Positions 23,127 to 31,290 of a stretch of DNA of 54,191 nt are shown here, in pieces. Source of the stretch: Ferroacidibacillus organovorans (GTDB lineage: Bacteria > Bacillota > Bacilli > Alicyclobacillales > SLC66); the NCBI RefSeq assembly GCF_001642725.1, contig NZ_LSUQ01000015.1, forward strand, positions 1-54,191, in the 5' to 3' direction. Made by a program: the position numbers and the translations under genes. The first letter of the stretch is position 1, and each line of letters starts with the position of its first letter. The notes under the pieces were generated by a model. The model worked only from the letters and a program-made list of their open reading frames with translations, was not told the DNA's origin and did not search any database.

Positions 23127-23155
23127 TTGCGTAGATGTCCAGGTTGTGCTATATT
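23127..23155 (+). promoter_or_regulatory. SigA-type promoter of tRNA-Leu
   Basis: TTGCGT, 17-nt spacer, TATATT with extended TG. Confidence 0.6.
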
Positions 23156-23192
23156 ATTTTCGTTGACCTCAGAAGAAGAATGCACCATCCAT

Positions 23193-23277
23193 GTCGGGGT
23201 GGCGGAATTGGCAGACGCGCACGTTTGAGGGGCGTGTGGGGTAACCCGTGCGGGTTCAAGTCCCGCTCTCGACACCA
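23193..23277 (+). tRNA. tRNA-Leu(GAG)
   Basis: Acceptor GTCGGGG/TCTCGAC + ACCA, D-arm GGCGGAATTGGCAGACGC, anticodon loop TTGAGGG, long variable arm, T-loop GTTCAAGTC. Confidence 0.95.
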
Positions 23278-23303
23278 AAAATCGTAGAAAAGCCTTACTG
23301 CAT

Positions 23304-23340
23304 AAGGGTTTTGGAGCCTTTTCGCTCCGAAGCCCTTTTT
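23304..23340 (+). terminator. Terminator after tRNA-Leu
   Basis: 14-bp stem AAGGGTTTTGGAGC/GCTCCGAAGCCCTT ending in a T run. Confidence 0.75.
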
Positions 23341-23381
23341 CGCGTAAAAACGCTCAAAACCAGGGGGTCCGTCACCAAGAT

Positions 23382-23435
23382 GTGTGTGATCACACACTTC
23401 ATGATGTGTGCTTGACGTGTCCGACAGCACACATC
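23382..23435. repeat. Palindrome cluster upstream of integrase 1
   Basis: Perfect GTGTGTGATCACACAC (23382-23397) and 10-bp inverted repeat GATGTGTGCT/AGCACACATC (23403-23412/23426-23435). Confidence 0.85.
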
Positions 23436-23458
23436 TGGAAAAAGGGGACGTGTGCACC

Positions 23459-24430
23459 ATGCCCAGACGTCGTCAAAATATCGTGTCCTTTGGGACCGCG
23501 TTGGATCAGGACGAAACGCCGAAAAAAACCGTTTGGTCACTCGCAGAAGCCAAAACCTTGTTTCTGGAGGACATTCGCAATTTGGCCATGCATACCCAAC
23601 GTTGGCATCGGGAAAACCTAAACGCGCTTGAAAAAGTGCTGGAGAAGCAGGGAATCGTTGTGCAAGACATGCGCGAATTGACGATGCCGCTTTTGAAAAA
23701 CAATTTTGTGTTTTACATGCGTGACACCATGCATTTAAAAACGAACACCATCAACGGTCGTGTGCGCACGGTGCGCGCCCTTCTTCACTTTGTGTACGAA
23801 CAAGGGTACGTGGCGCGCGATCCTGGCGCGGATGTGCCTTTGTTGCGCCCCGAACGGGTGATGATTCAAACCTTTTCAGAAGAGCAGATTACCCATCTCT
23901 TGCGTCAGCCGGATCGGCATACATTTACGGGACTGCGTGATTATACGATGATGCTTTTGCTGCTTGAAACCGGAATTCGACTCTCCGAGTGTGAAGGCAT
24001 TACGCTTTCGGATGTGAATCTTCAAGAGGGCACGATTCTCGTGCATGGAAAAGGTTCGAAGGATCGGACGGTTCCCTTTCAGAGCAAAATGAAAAAGGTT
24101 CTGCAAACGTACATCGAGGCACGCGGAGCCGCGCAAACCGATCGGCTCTTTGTGACCCTCGAACGAAAGACGATGAGCCGGCGGTACATCCAGGAACTGA
24201 TCAGCCAGTACGGTGAAGCGGCGCAGATTCGCGGTGTGCGCGTATCGCCGCATACCTTTCGGCACACGATGGCAAAATTTTATGTGTTGGCAGGGGGGGA
24301 CATTTTTAGTCTGCAACGCATTCTTGGCCACAGTTCACTTGAGACGGTTCGAATCTATGTGGAGATGTTCTCCCATGAGGTGCAGCATCAGCATCAAAAG
24401 TTCAGCTTTGTCGAGCATCGCTTTCGATAA
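23459..24430 (+). CDS. Tyrosine recombinase/integrase 1 (XerC/D-like, 323 aa)
   Basis: Catalytic R (TGIRLSE), K (HGKG), HxxR (SPHTFRH), H (LGHS), Y (VRIYV); RBS AAGGGG before ATG 23459. Confidence 0.92.
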   Translation: MPRRRQNIVSFGTALDQDETPKKTVWSLAEAKTLFLEDIRNLAMHTQRWHRENLNALEKVLEKQGIVVQDMRELTMPLLKNNFVFYMRDTMHLKTNTINGRVRTVRALLHFVYEQGYVARDPGADVPLLRPERVMIQTFSEEQITHLLRQPDRHTFTGLRDYTMMLLLLETGIRLSECEGITLSDVNLQEGTILVHGKGSKDRTVPFQSKMKKVLQTYIEARGAAQTDRLFVTLERKTMSRRYIQELISQYGEAAQIRGVRVSPHTFRHTMAKFYVLAGGDIFSLQRILGHSSLETVRIYVEMFSHEVQHQHQKFSFVEHRFR

Positions 24431-24490
24431 ACCGTCTCACACGCTTTGTGTTTCGAGATAAGGCGCATGGCGTAGATATGGGAAAAACGA

Positions 24491-24516
24491 TGAGCCTGTC
24501 GATGCGGACGGGCTCA
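24491..24516 (+). terminator. Hairpin after integrase 1
   Basis: 10-bp stem TGAGCCTGTC/GACGGGCTCA; no strong T tail on +. Confidence 0.45.
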
Positions 24517-24617
24517 AGGTTGAACTTTAAATTTTCGTGAGGGTCATGGCACCGAAGGGTGGAACAGGGGATCAGTGATGGACCTAGAAGAAAACGAAAA
24601 AAATTTCTATGAAGGGC

Positions 24618-24645
24618 TTGACAGGCCTAGGAGTAGCGTTACAAT
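24618..24645 (+). promoter_or_regulatory. SigA-type promoter with no convincing ORF directly downstream
   Basis: TTGACA (24618-24623), 16-nt spacer, TACAAT (24640-24645), A-rich upstream region. Confidence 0.65.
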
Positions 24646-24651
24646 GGAGGT

Positions 24652-24935
24652 GTTTCAAGGATTGTCTGACACCTAGATAATCCTGTCGATGACAAGCGTG
24701 AGATCCCTAGCTGATCAAGGCCCACCATGCCTCAGCGACTCACTGCTCGAGACTGGGGCCGTAAAGCATACGGGAAATGGTAGTCCATTCGTTTTTTATA
24801 CTCCAAGCTTTTGACGAATGGCAACGGTCCGGGTGAAGGAGTTATATCCTCGGCTTACATGATAAACGACAGCGAAGTATCTGTCGTCAAACCCAACGGA
24901 TACGGGATCCTTGCGTCTTCAAATGCATCGAAAAG
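24652..24935 (+). ncRNA. Candidate large structured non-coding RNA, family not recognised
   Basis: 5' hairpin 24658-24667/24675-24684; long-range closing stems 24686-24707/24904-24931; internal stems 24719-24723/24756-24760, 24785-24793/24813-24821, 24829-24833/24849-24853, 24866-24872/24881-24887; G-U pairs favour the + strand. Confidence 0.55.
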
Positions 24936-25311
24936 TGAAACTGGATTTGATCCATAACTTGTCCCATCCCCGGGATGAGATAGACCACAAAAGCCTCCGA
25001 CAGAACATGTGTATACCCCAAACGACACGGGATTGTCCGTGTGAAATTTTCCTTTCACCCAAAAAACATTCGTATGAAAAAAAACGAAGCTCGTTTAGAT
25101 TTCGTGTATGGATTGAATCGATGATATTGCGTGGATCTGTAAGTCGGTCCGTGCCAAAAACCTGGAATGCTTGCGATGGAAGGGTCTGATCCTTCCTTTT
25201 TTGTATTTTCTGTTTTTAATCTCCGTTTTACTGCATGCGATTTGTGTCTTGCTTTTGCTTGTTCGTTTTTCCTGTCCGGATGATATCTACCTTGCAAGGA
25301 GTGGAATCTGT

Positions 25312-26304
25312 ATGACCCGTCGGCAAAATCAATTACTCGTTGTTCAGAATCCGCAACACAATGCGATCGCAAAGCGTCAGGCATCGGTAGCACTTGTGGA
25401 TGCCATTGCGGCCTATCTGGAGTGGCACACGCTGCATGGTAGTTCAATGTACACCATCAAGCACGAGAGGGAGAATCTGCAAGCTGCGCGGAACTACCTG
25501 GGCGAGTTTGTGCTGGATCAATTGGCGCCCGCTGACATCGAGGTCAGATTTATTGGCTTTATGCGCGCAAAAGGTCTGAGTGGTAATACCATCAATTTAC
25601 GATTAAAGACCCTGAAGCGATTCTACAAATTTGTAGTGCAACAAAAATGGGTCGCGTTTGACCCCGTGGCATCCGTCGCCAAAGTGAGATCGGTCTCGAC
25701 AGAGATCCCGTCGTTAACGATGGAGCAATTGACGTGCCTCCTTGCACAACCGAACCGGACAACGTTTACCGGCGAGCGCGATTACACGTTCATCTGTTTG
25801 GCGGTTGATACAGGCCTTCGTTTACGGGAGATGCTCGATCTAACCGTCGCGCAAATCGACATCAAAAATCGCGTGATTAAAGGCGTGCTGGGCAAAAACC
25901 AAAAGCGTGAAACCATCACCTTGACTCGCGCCATGTGTGAGCAACTCCAAGTTTATCTCGACGTAAGGGGAGCGCATGTAGCGACCGACCATCTCTTTGT
26001 TAATTTGGATGGCGGAGCATTGCACCGAAAGACAGTTCAGGATCGGATCAAAGCTTATGGAACAAAGGCAAAAATCACGGATGTGCGTGTCAGTCCACAC
26101 ACGTTGCGACACACGTTCGCCAAGCAATGGATCTTAGGGGGCGGCGATGTGTTTTCGTTGCAGCGCATGCTCCGGCATTCCACCATGGATCAGGTCAGAC
26201 AGTATGTGTATCTGTGGGGCAGAGAGATCCAGAATCAACACGACAAATTTTCACCGTTGGTAAAGCTTCAGTTGTCGCAAAAAGATCGAAACTCAGGAGT
26301 CTAG
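25312..26304 (+). CDS. Tyrosine recombinase/integrase 2 (330 aa), paralog of integrase 1
   Basis: TGLRLRE, LGKN, SPHTLRH, LRHST, VRQYV; RBS AAGGAG before ATG 25312. Confidence 0.92.
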   Translation: MTRRQNQLLVVQNPQHNAIAKRQASVALVDAIAAYLEWHTLHGSSMYTIKHERENLQAARNYLGEFVLDQLAPADIEVRFIGFMRAKGLSGNTINLRLKTLKRFYKFVVQQKWVAFDPVASVAKVRSVSTEIPSLTMEQLTCLLAQPNRTTFTGERDYTFICLAVDTGLRLREMLDLTVAQIDIKNRVIKGVLGKNQKRETITLTRAMCEQLQVYLDVRGAHVATDHLFVNLDGGALHRKTVQDRIKAYGTKAKITDVRVSPHTLRHTFAKQWILGGGDVFSLQRMLRHSTMDQVRQYVYLWGREIQNQHDKFSPLVKLQLSQKDRNSGV

Positions 26305-26391
26305 TTGCAAATAAAGTTTTGTAACCTTTTTTGTTCGAGAAGAAGTATATCAAGTATTAGGAGCAAGCAACCAAAGCGATGGTGCTGCATT

Positions 26392-26568
26392 ATGACAAAA
26401 AACGGCAAAGTACATGCCAAGTCTACCCTTAAACTCCCTCCGGGGTATTGGGACGATTTGGAAGGAAAACTCAGTAAAATTACGGCAACCCCGGATGGAA
26501 TGTCTAAGAGAGTGATCTTGGATTTCCTAAAGGAGGCGAAACGTAAGTGGGGAGAGGATCCGGAATGA
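26392..26568 (+). CDS. Small hypothetical protein (58 aa)
   Basis: Basic protein; stop codon overlaps the next start (ATGA at 26565-26568). Confidence 0.5.
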   Translation: MTKNGKVHAKSTLKLPPGYWDDLEGKLSKITATPDGMSKRVILDFLKEAKRKWGEDPE

Positions 26569-26759
26569 AAGAGTCATCGGAGTATCTGTGGCCAAGAGAA
26601 TTCCCAGCGAGTGACTGCATCACACTGACAATCCATCGTCATCGTGACGGGACAACGACGCGTCATGAGTCGTATCAGATCGCCATGGAGTTCACGGATA
26701 ACGATGATCAAGCGAGAGAGATCCTGGCGGATAGTTCTAAGCTGGCGGGGGCAAAATAA
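26565..26759 (+). CDS. Small hypothetical protein (64 aa)
   Basis: RBS GGAGAGG and ATGA coupling to the previous ORF. Confidence 0.5.
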   Translation: MKESSEYLWPREFPASDCITLTIHRHRDGTTTRHESYQIAMEFTDNDDQAREILADSSKLAGAK

Positions 26760-26782
26760 CCCATCCGTGGGGGTGGGCTATT

Positions 26783-26989
26783 TTGAGAAAAACTCCTAAA
26801 TTAACAAAGCTAACATTTATGGAAGTCGATCATCGCCATGACGTTACAGAACGCTGGATGCGTAGGATCATCCAACGCATCCTGATCCAGGCTTTGGAAC
26901 TTCCCACGCAGGATGTGGCCGATTTTTTGTGGAGTTCTCGTCAAGACAACAATCAGGCTGATGCTCATATTAGTGCAAAAGAGCATTGA
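26783..26989 (+). CDS. Small hypothetical protein (68 aa)
   Basis: TTG start after GGGGGTGG; co-directional with the recombinase cluster. Confidence 0.45.
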   Translation: MRKTPKLTKLTFMEVDHRHDVTERWMRRIIQRILIQALELPTQDVADFLWSSRQDNNQADAHISAKEH

Positions 26990-27034
26990 TAAAGCCGGAC
27001 TTAATGGAGTAACTCGATCTAGGAGGTTATCAAT

Positions 27035-27460
27035 GTGAGTAATGTATTAAAAGTAGCGCATTACACTCGTACCGTTGGTTCTTCGCAAAGTCTACGAATC
27101 CAAATAGAGGCTGCTCGATCAACGCTCAGTTCATATTCAATGGATCGAATTGTATTGTTCACTGATCGTGGTAGTGCGCGCCAGGGTAGAGGCCTTGATG
27201 CTCAACCGCAATTGAATCAGATGCTCGAGATGATTAAAGATGGAAAAATTGGCACAGTCGTCGTGTATGATCGCATGCGTTTAGCCGGAAATGTCGAAAC
27301 CTACTCGGGAATCATTAAGTTGTTCTATCGTTATCGCATCCATGTCCTATTTGTATCAAACTATGAAAGGCCTTTTCATCAGTCGAATCTCGCAGAATTA
27401 ATGGAATCGGCGATTTTACATGAGCAATTGCGTAGAATTGTGCGTCCCATGAAAGCATAG
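27035..27460 (+). CDS. Stand-alone serine recombinase (resolvase) catalytic-type domain lacking the catalytic Ser
   Basis: HYTRTVG (canonical YxRVS), FTDRGSAR, VVVYDRMRLAG; RBS AGGAGG; 141 aa. Confidence 0.75.
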   Translation: MSNVLKVAHYTRTVGSSQSLRIQIEAARSTLSSYSMDRIVLFTDRGSARQGRGLDAQPQLNQMLEMIKDGKIGTVVVYDRMRLAGNVETYSGIIKLFYRYRIHVLFVSNYERPFHQSNLAELMESAILHEQLRRIVRPMKA

Positions 27461-27520
27461 AGGCATCTGTACTTATGCTCACCGTGTACCGAATTTTCTG
27501 ATGTGGGGATGTGTCGTGAA

Positions 27521-28897
27521 ATGGGGAACCTAGGTATAGCGTTGTACATTCGTGTTAGCACAGCACAACAGAATATCGCGATGCAAGAGGGATCTGCTGG
27601 CTCGATACTGAGCCAGTTCCCCGCATCGCAGATTCATCGATTTATTGATGAAGGGGTTTCTGCTACAAAAACAAAATTACGTGAGCGTCCCGGATTGCAG
27701 AAGTTAATCCAATCCATTCAACACAGGGAAATTGGTACGGTTGTGGTGTATGATCGATCACGAATCTCGAGAAATACGTACGAGTATATCGCTTTTGTAA
27801 AAATCATCCAATCATATAACGTGCGAGTGATCTTTACTGGAGATAAGGAACCTGCATTTACTTCATCCCATTTCATTGAGGCTTTTTACGCGTTACATGC
27901 ACAGGGTGAAGGAAAAAAAATCAGGCAACGTGCGTTAGACGCGCAAAGACACTTTCCTTCCAAGTTAATTGGGTACATAAAAATAGAGGAAAATGGACAG
28001 GTGCGATATATACGTGATGAACCAAGGGCGACGTACATTCAATCCTTATTTGAAAAAATGGCGAATGTCTCAACAACCGTGGAAATGGAATCGGTTTTTT
28101 TGCAATATCGAGCAAAGATAAAGCGCCCATACCTACGTCTGTTTAAAATCCTTAATACTCCTTTTTATAGTGCGATCGTACTTAATGAAAATCAGTGCCA
28201 ACAGTTGGAGTATGTGGAGCCGATCACAACACAAGATCTTTACAATCGAGTTAAACAAAATTTGAATGTCATCGCAAGCGCAGATCAGCAAGTTAAAACG
28301 GAGCAACTAAGTTATCGCATGATGCCGGTATGCGGATATTGTGGAGAACCGATGAGCGTGCAATCCGGTGACTATTTTCATCGGAAAATGGCGACGTATG
28401 TGTGCAAAACAAAAATCCATAGGAGAAATGCGATTTCTATTCAAGAATATGAGAATGAAATTATGAGCATTATTTATGATTATTTGAAATCGATCGATAT
28501 AAAGAAAATGGAGAAGATGTGTTTTCAGTATATTAGGGAACAGGAAATGAAGTCTAAAAATAAAAAAAGGTCTTTGGAGCAAGCATTAGTTCAAATAAAT
28601 GTTGAGATCGTAACGTTTCTTGCGATTAAGAAAAGAACGGATGCCCTCTTAAAAAGGAAGGAACAACTTCAGGTGGCTTTACGGGATCAGGATGCAATGA
28701 TTAAACGTTTGGATGACATTAAGGTTAACTTTTCAGAAATGGCATATTTAATAAAGGTTCGTTTAATTTCGGATCTGATTCAAGACAGTGATCTGTGGGA
28801 CTTGGCGGAAGACTTGATTTGTCAAATTTCTGTTTTTAAATCAGAAATTAAGATGGTGTTACGATGCAAAACATTTATTCGAGAGGGTGCGTTCTAA
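27521..28897 (+). CDS. Large serine recombinase A (458 aa)
   Basis: YIRVSTAQQ, DEGVSA, RPGLQKL, DRSRISR; zinc ribbon CGYCG..YVC; coiled coil. Confidence 0.88.
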   Translation: MGNLGIALYIRVSTAQQNIAMQEGSAGSILSQFPASQIHRFIDEGVSATKTKLRERPGLQKLIQSIQHREIGTVVVYDRSRISRNTYEYIAFVKIIQSYNVRVIFTGDKEPAFTSSHFIEAFYALHAQGEGKKIRQRALDAQRHFPSKLIGYIKIEENGQVRYIRDEPRATYIQSLFEKMANVSTTVEMESVFLQYRAKIKRPYLRLFKILNTPFYSAIVLNENQCQQLEYVEPITTQDLYNRVKQNLNVIASADQQVKTEQLSYRMMPVCGYCGEPMSVQSGDYFHRKMATYVCKTKIHRRNAISIQEYENEIMSIIYDYLKSIDIKKMEKMCFQYIREQEMKSKNKKRSLEQALVQINVEIVTFLAIKKRTDALLKRKEQLQVALRDQDAMIKRLDDIKVNFSEMAYLIKVRLISDLIQDSDLWDLAEDLICQISVFKSEIKMVLRCKTFIREGAF

Positions 28898-28898
28898 A

Positions 28899-30386
28899 AT
28901 GCAGCAAGCGATTGGGTATTGTCGGAGATCAGATGCAAAACAGGAAAATAACCACTCGATTGAGATTCAAATGATGTCAATAAAGGATGCTGCTAAACGT
29001 TTTAACGTCGAAATTGTTGAGTTTTATGTTGACGATGCAGTGAGTGCCTATGCATATAACGCCAAGGAAAGATTAGCAATGAAACGTTTGAAAGATCGCG
29101 TGATCAATGATCATAACATTAAAGTTGTCTTATTTTATGACGAATCCAGAATATCAAGGCAAATCGATGATTTTGTGAATGATGTTTTCTCTGAAATAAA
29201 AGAATTAAGATCTGATGTTATATTCTATAGCACTGATAGCTCAACTCAAAAAGCTTGGGATCCGAATGATTTTGAGACGATGTTGCAGCTATTGCTGGCC
29301 AATGAAGAATCTACGAAAAAATCATCGCGTGCCATGGATTCTCAAAAGAATGCCTTGAGAAAAAATAAGCCGGTTCGACCTGGATCTAAAGCGCCGTATG
29401 GCTTTACTAAAGAAGGAAATACTTTGGTGCATAATGATCAGGCGCCAATAGTTTACTTTATTTTCCATATGGCGAGTTACGGGTACTCTGAAGAGCAGAT
29501 TGCTCAATATCTAAACCGAGCTGAAATTCCATCGCCATCCAATGGCTTATGGGCCCCTAGCAGTATCAATATGATCGTAACAAAGCGAGTATACGTTGGG
29601 GATCTCGAATGGTACGTGCGGAAAAATCGGAGAAATGGCGCAAGAAGCGATTCCACGCAGATTTCGTTGTTTCCCGCTATCTATGAGCCTATTATACCTT
29701 TAGATTTATGGGCCTTGGTACAAGAATTAAAAATGGAAAAAAAGACAACTAAACGCAAAATGAATTCACAATATATTTTACAGGGCTTGCTTAAATGTGG
29801 CCATTGTTTTGAAATACTCAATCACAAAAATTACACGCCAGGAAAGGCAAAAAAGCAATATGCAAACTATTCGTGCGAAAGTTGTGGTTATCGAATGGAT
29901 TCTCGAGACGTAGAGGAACGAATTGTTAAAATGATCGCTAAAGATTGGGAAATTCATCCCGATGATTTTGTGCGACAAGCTAGTGGCATGCTGAAGGATT
30001 GGATTAAATCACTGGAAAAGGAAATTTCGACTAAAGGGAAATATCTGCAATACGCAGAAGCTGAGTCGAAAAATACACCTCTAAGTCCGGAAATAAATGA
30101 TTCAATTGAGGCTGTACATCAATTAATCAATGATAAGGAGAAGTTAAAAACACAAATTTCTTTGTTTCTTTCTACAGAAGATGTGATCTGGAAAACACGG
30201 TTTGGCGACAAGATCGATATACAAAGTTTGAATACGACGGAGCGTCGAACGTTTTTATTTCAGATCGTGGAGGAAGTTCAAATTCGTAAAAACGCGAATG
30301 GGGGTTTTACGCCTAAAATTGTATACCGCGAAACCCCATTTATCTACTATAATAAAGTAATGAAGCCATCAGAAGAAACTTTATGA
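28899..30386 (+). CDS. Large serine recombinase B (495 aa)
   Basis: YCRRSDAKQ, DDAVSA, DESRISR, APYGF, YEPIIP recombinase domain, LLKCGHC..YSCESC zinc ribbon. Confidence 0.9.
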   Translation: MQQAIGYCRRSDAKQENNHSIEIQMMSIKDAAKRFNVEIVEFYVDDAVSAYAYNAKERLAMKRLKDRVINDHNIKVVLFYDESRISRQIDDFVNDVFSEIKELRSDVIFYSTDSSTQKAWDPNDFETMLQLLLANEESTKKSSRAMDSQKNALRKNKPVRPGSKAPYGFTKEGNTLVHNDQAPIVYFIFHMASYGYSEEQIAQYLNRAEIPSPSNGLWAPSSINMIVTKRVYVGDLEWYVRKNRRNGARSDSTQISLFPAIYEPIIPLDLWALVQELKMEKKTTKRKMNSQYILQGLLKCGHCFEILNHKNYTPGKAKKQYANYSCESCGYRMDSRDVEERIVKMIAKDWEIHPDDFVRQASGMLKDWIKSLEKEISTKGKYLQYAEAESKNTPLSPEINDSIEAVHQLINDKEKLKTQISLFLSTEDVIWKTRFGDKIDIQSLNTTERRTFLFQIVEEVQIRKNANGGFTPKIVYRETPFIYYNKVMKPSEETL

Positions 30387-30881
30387 ATTTGAAAGGTCAT
30401 CTATTGGAATAAATAATCATTTACATTTTGAACACGGCATTTCGTAAACCGAAAAAATTCCATGCGAATTGCAAATAAGGTAGGCCTCAAGGTTAATTAA
30501 AATAATAAACAAAATTATTAAAAACGATAAATTATATCTGAATTAAAAGCTTAGATGAATTACGCATATTATTTGACGTCTCGAATGGCAATGCTCAACG
30601 ATGTCAAGGTTATGTGATGCTTACGAGAAGAAGAAAATGATGATACATAACGAAGGGAAATATTCATACCTATTCATATTTTCGGTAGATGAAAAGGTGA
30701 AAACGTAGCAGATAGATGGGAACGATTAAAAGTCATAAAACGTTAAATATTCAATAATTATAATATTTGCGATCAATTAATTCGTCGATCTTTTGAAATT
30801 TAAAATGCATAATTATTCGCGGATATTTTGATCTTAATATTCTGTGATAAATTCGGGTTAGTGCCCAATATAACTATTTAG

Positions 30882-30933
30882 TTTTCGGTAAAGTACTTGT
30901 CTAAGGATCCTTAGACAAGTACTTTACCGAAAA
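30882..30933. repeat. Perfect 52-bp palindrome with no spacer
   Basis: TTTTCGGTAAAGTACTTGTCTAAGGA|TCCTTAGACAAGTACTTTACCGAAAA; 26-bp arms are exact reverse complements. Confidence 0.97.
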
Positions 30934-31290
30934 AAAGGCTTGAGAAAGCCTTGTATTAGCGGGATTCTTAGGACCTCCGTTTTGGGGTGATCGCTCAGTC
31001 AATCGGATGTTTCGGTTTAGCGACCAATCAAAAAAGCCGTATATTGACCGTTTATTCCGATAATAATGAGATAGGTATGGAATATTTGTATAAATATACG
31101 GTTCGATTTGCGAAAATAATCGGGGTTATGACAATATATTGCAGGAGATTAACGGATAAGACAATAAACGCCAAAATATTTTTTTTACAACTATGCTCGG
31201 CCGTAAGGATAAATTGGAGTTAGCTCCATTGACCCCAGGGAAGTTCCGCTGTCCTCGCAGTATCGCTCAGCAGAATGTGGTTTTCCGAAG

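Noticed and set aside
23093..23540. Minus-strand ORFs across the tRNA
   Set aside because: Antisense translations of the tRNA and terminator
24711..24777. Hammerhead-like CTGATCA...GAAA
   Set aside because: Core deviates from CTGANGA and the three required stems cannot be built
24719..24790. Group I intron-like R/S elements (GAGACTG...TAGTCC) and HDV-like nested pseudoknot topology in the candidate RNA
   Set aside because: Only about 25 nt lie where the P4-P6 domain would be, there is no interrupted host gene, and the HDV J4/2 catalytic C and 7-bp P1 are missing; kept only as pseudoknot hints
24826..24857. RNase P P4-like pair GTCCGGG / CTCGGCTTA
   Set aside because: The two strands are adjacent in a local hairpin rather than at opposite ends of the RNA, and GAGGAAAGTCC is absent
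24855..25189. ORFs 24855-25058 (-) and 24911-25189 (+)
   Set aside because: No RBS, no recognisable motifs, and they overlap hairpin-rich sequence
25171..25311. Hydrophobic N-terminal extension suggesting a membrane-anchored integrase
   Set aside because: T-rich upstream DNA read in frame; the RBS and similarity to integrase 1 place the start at 25312
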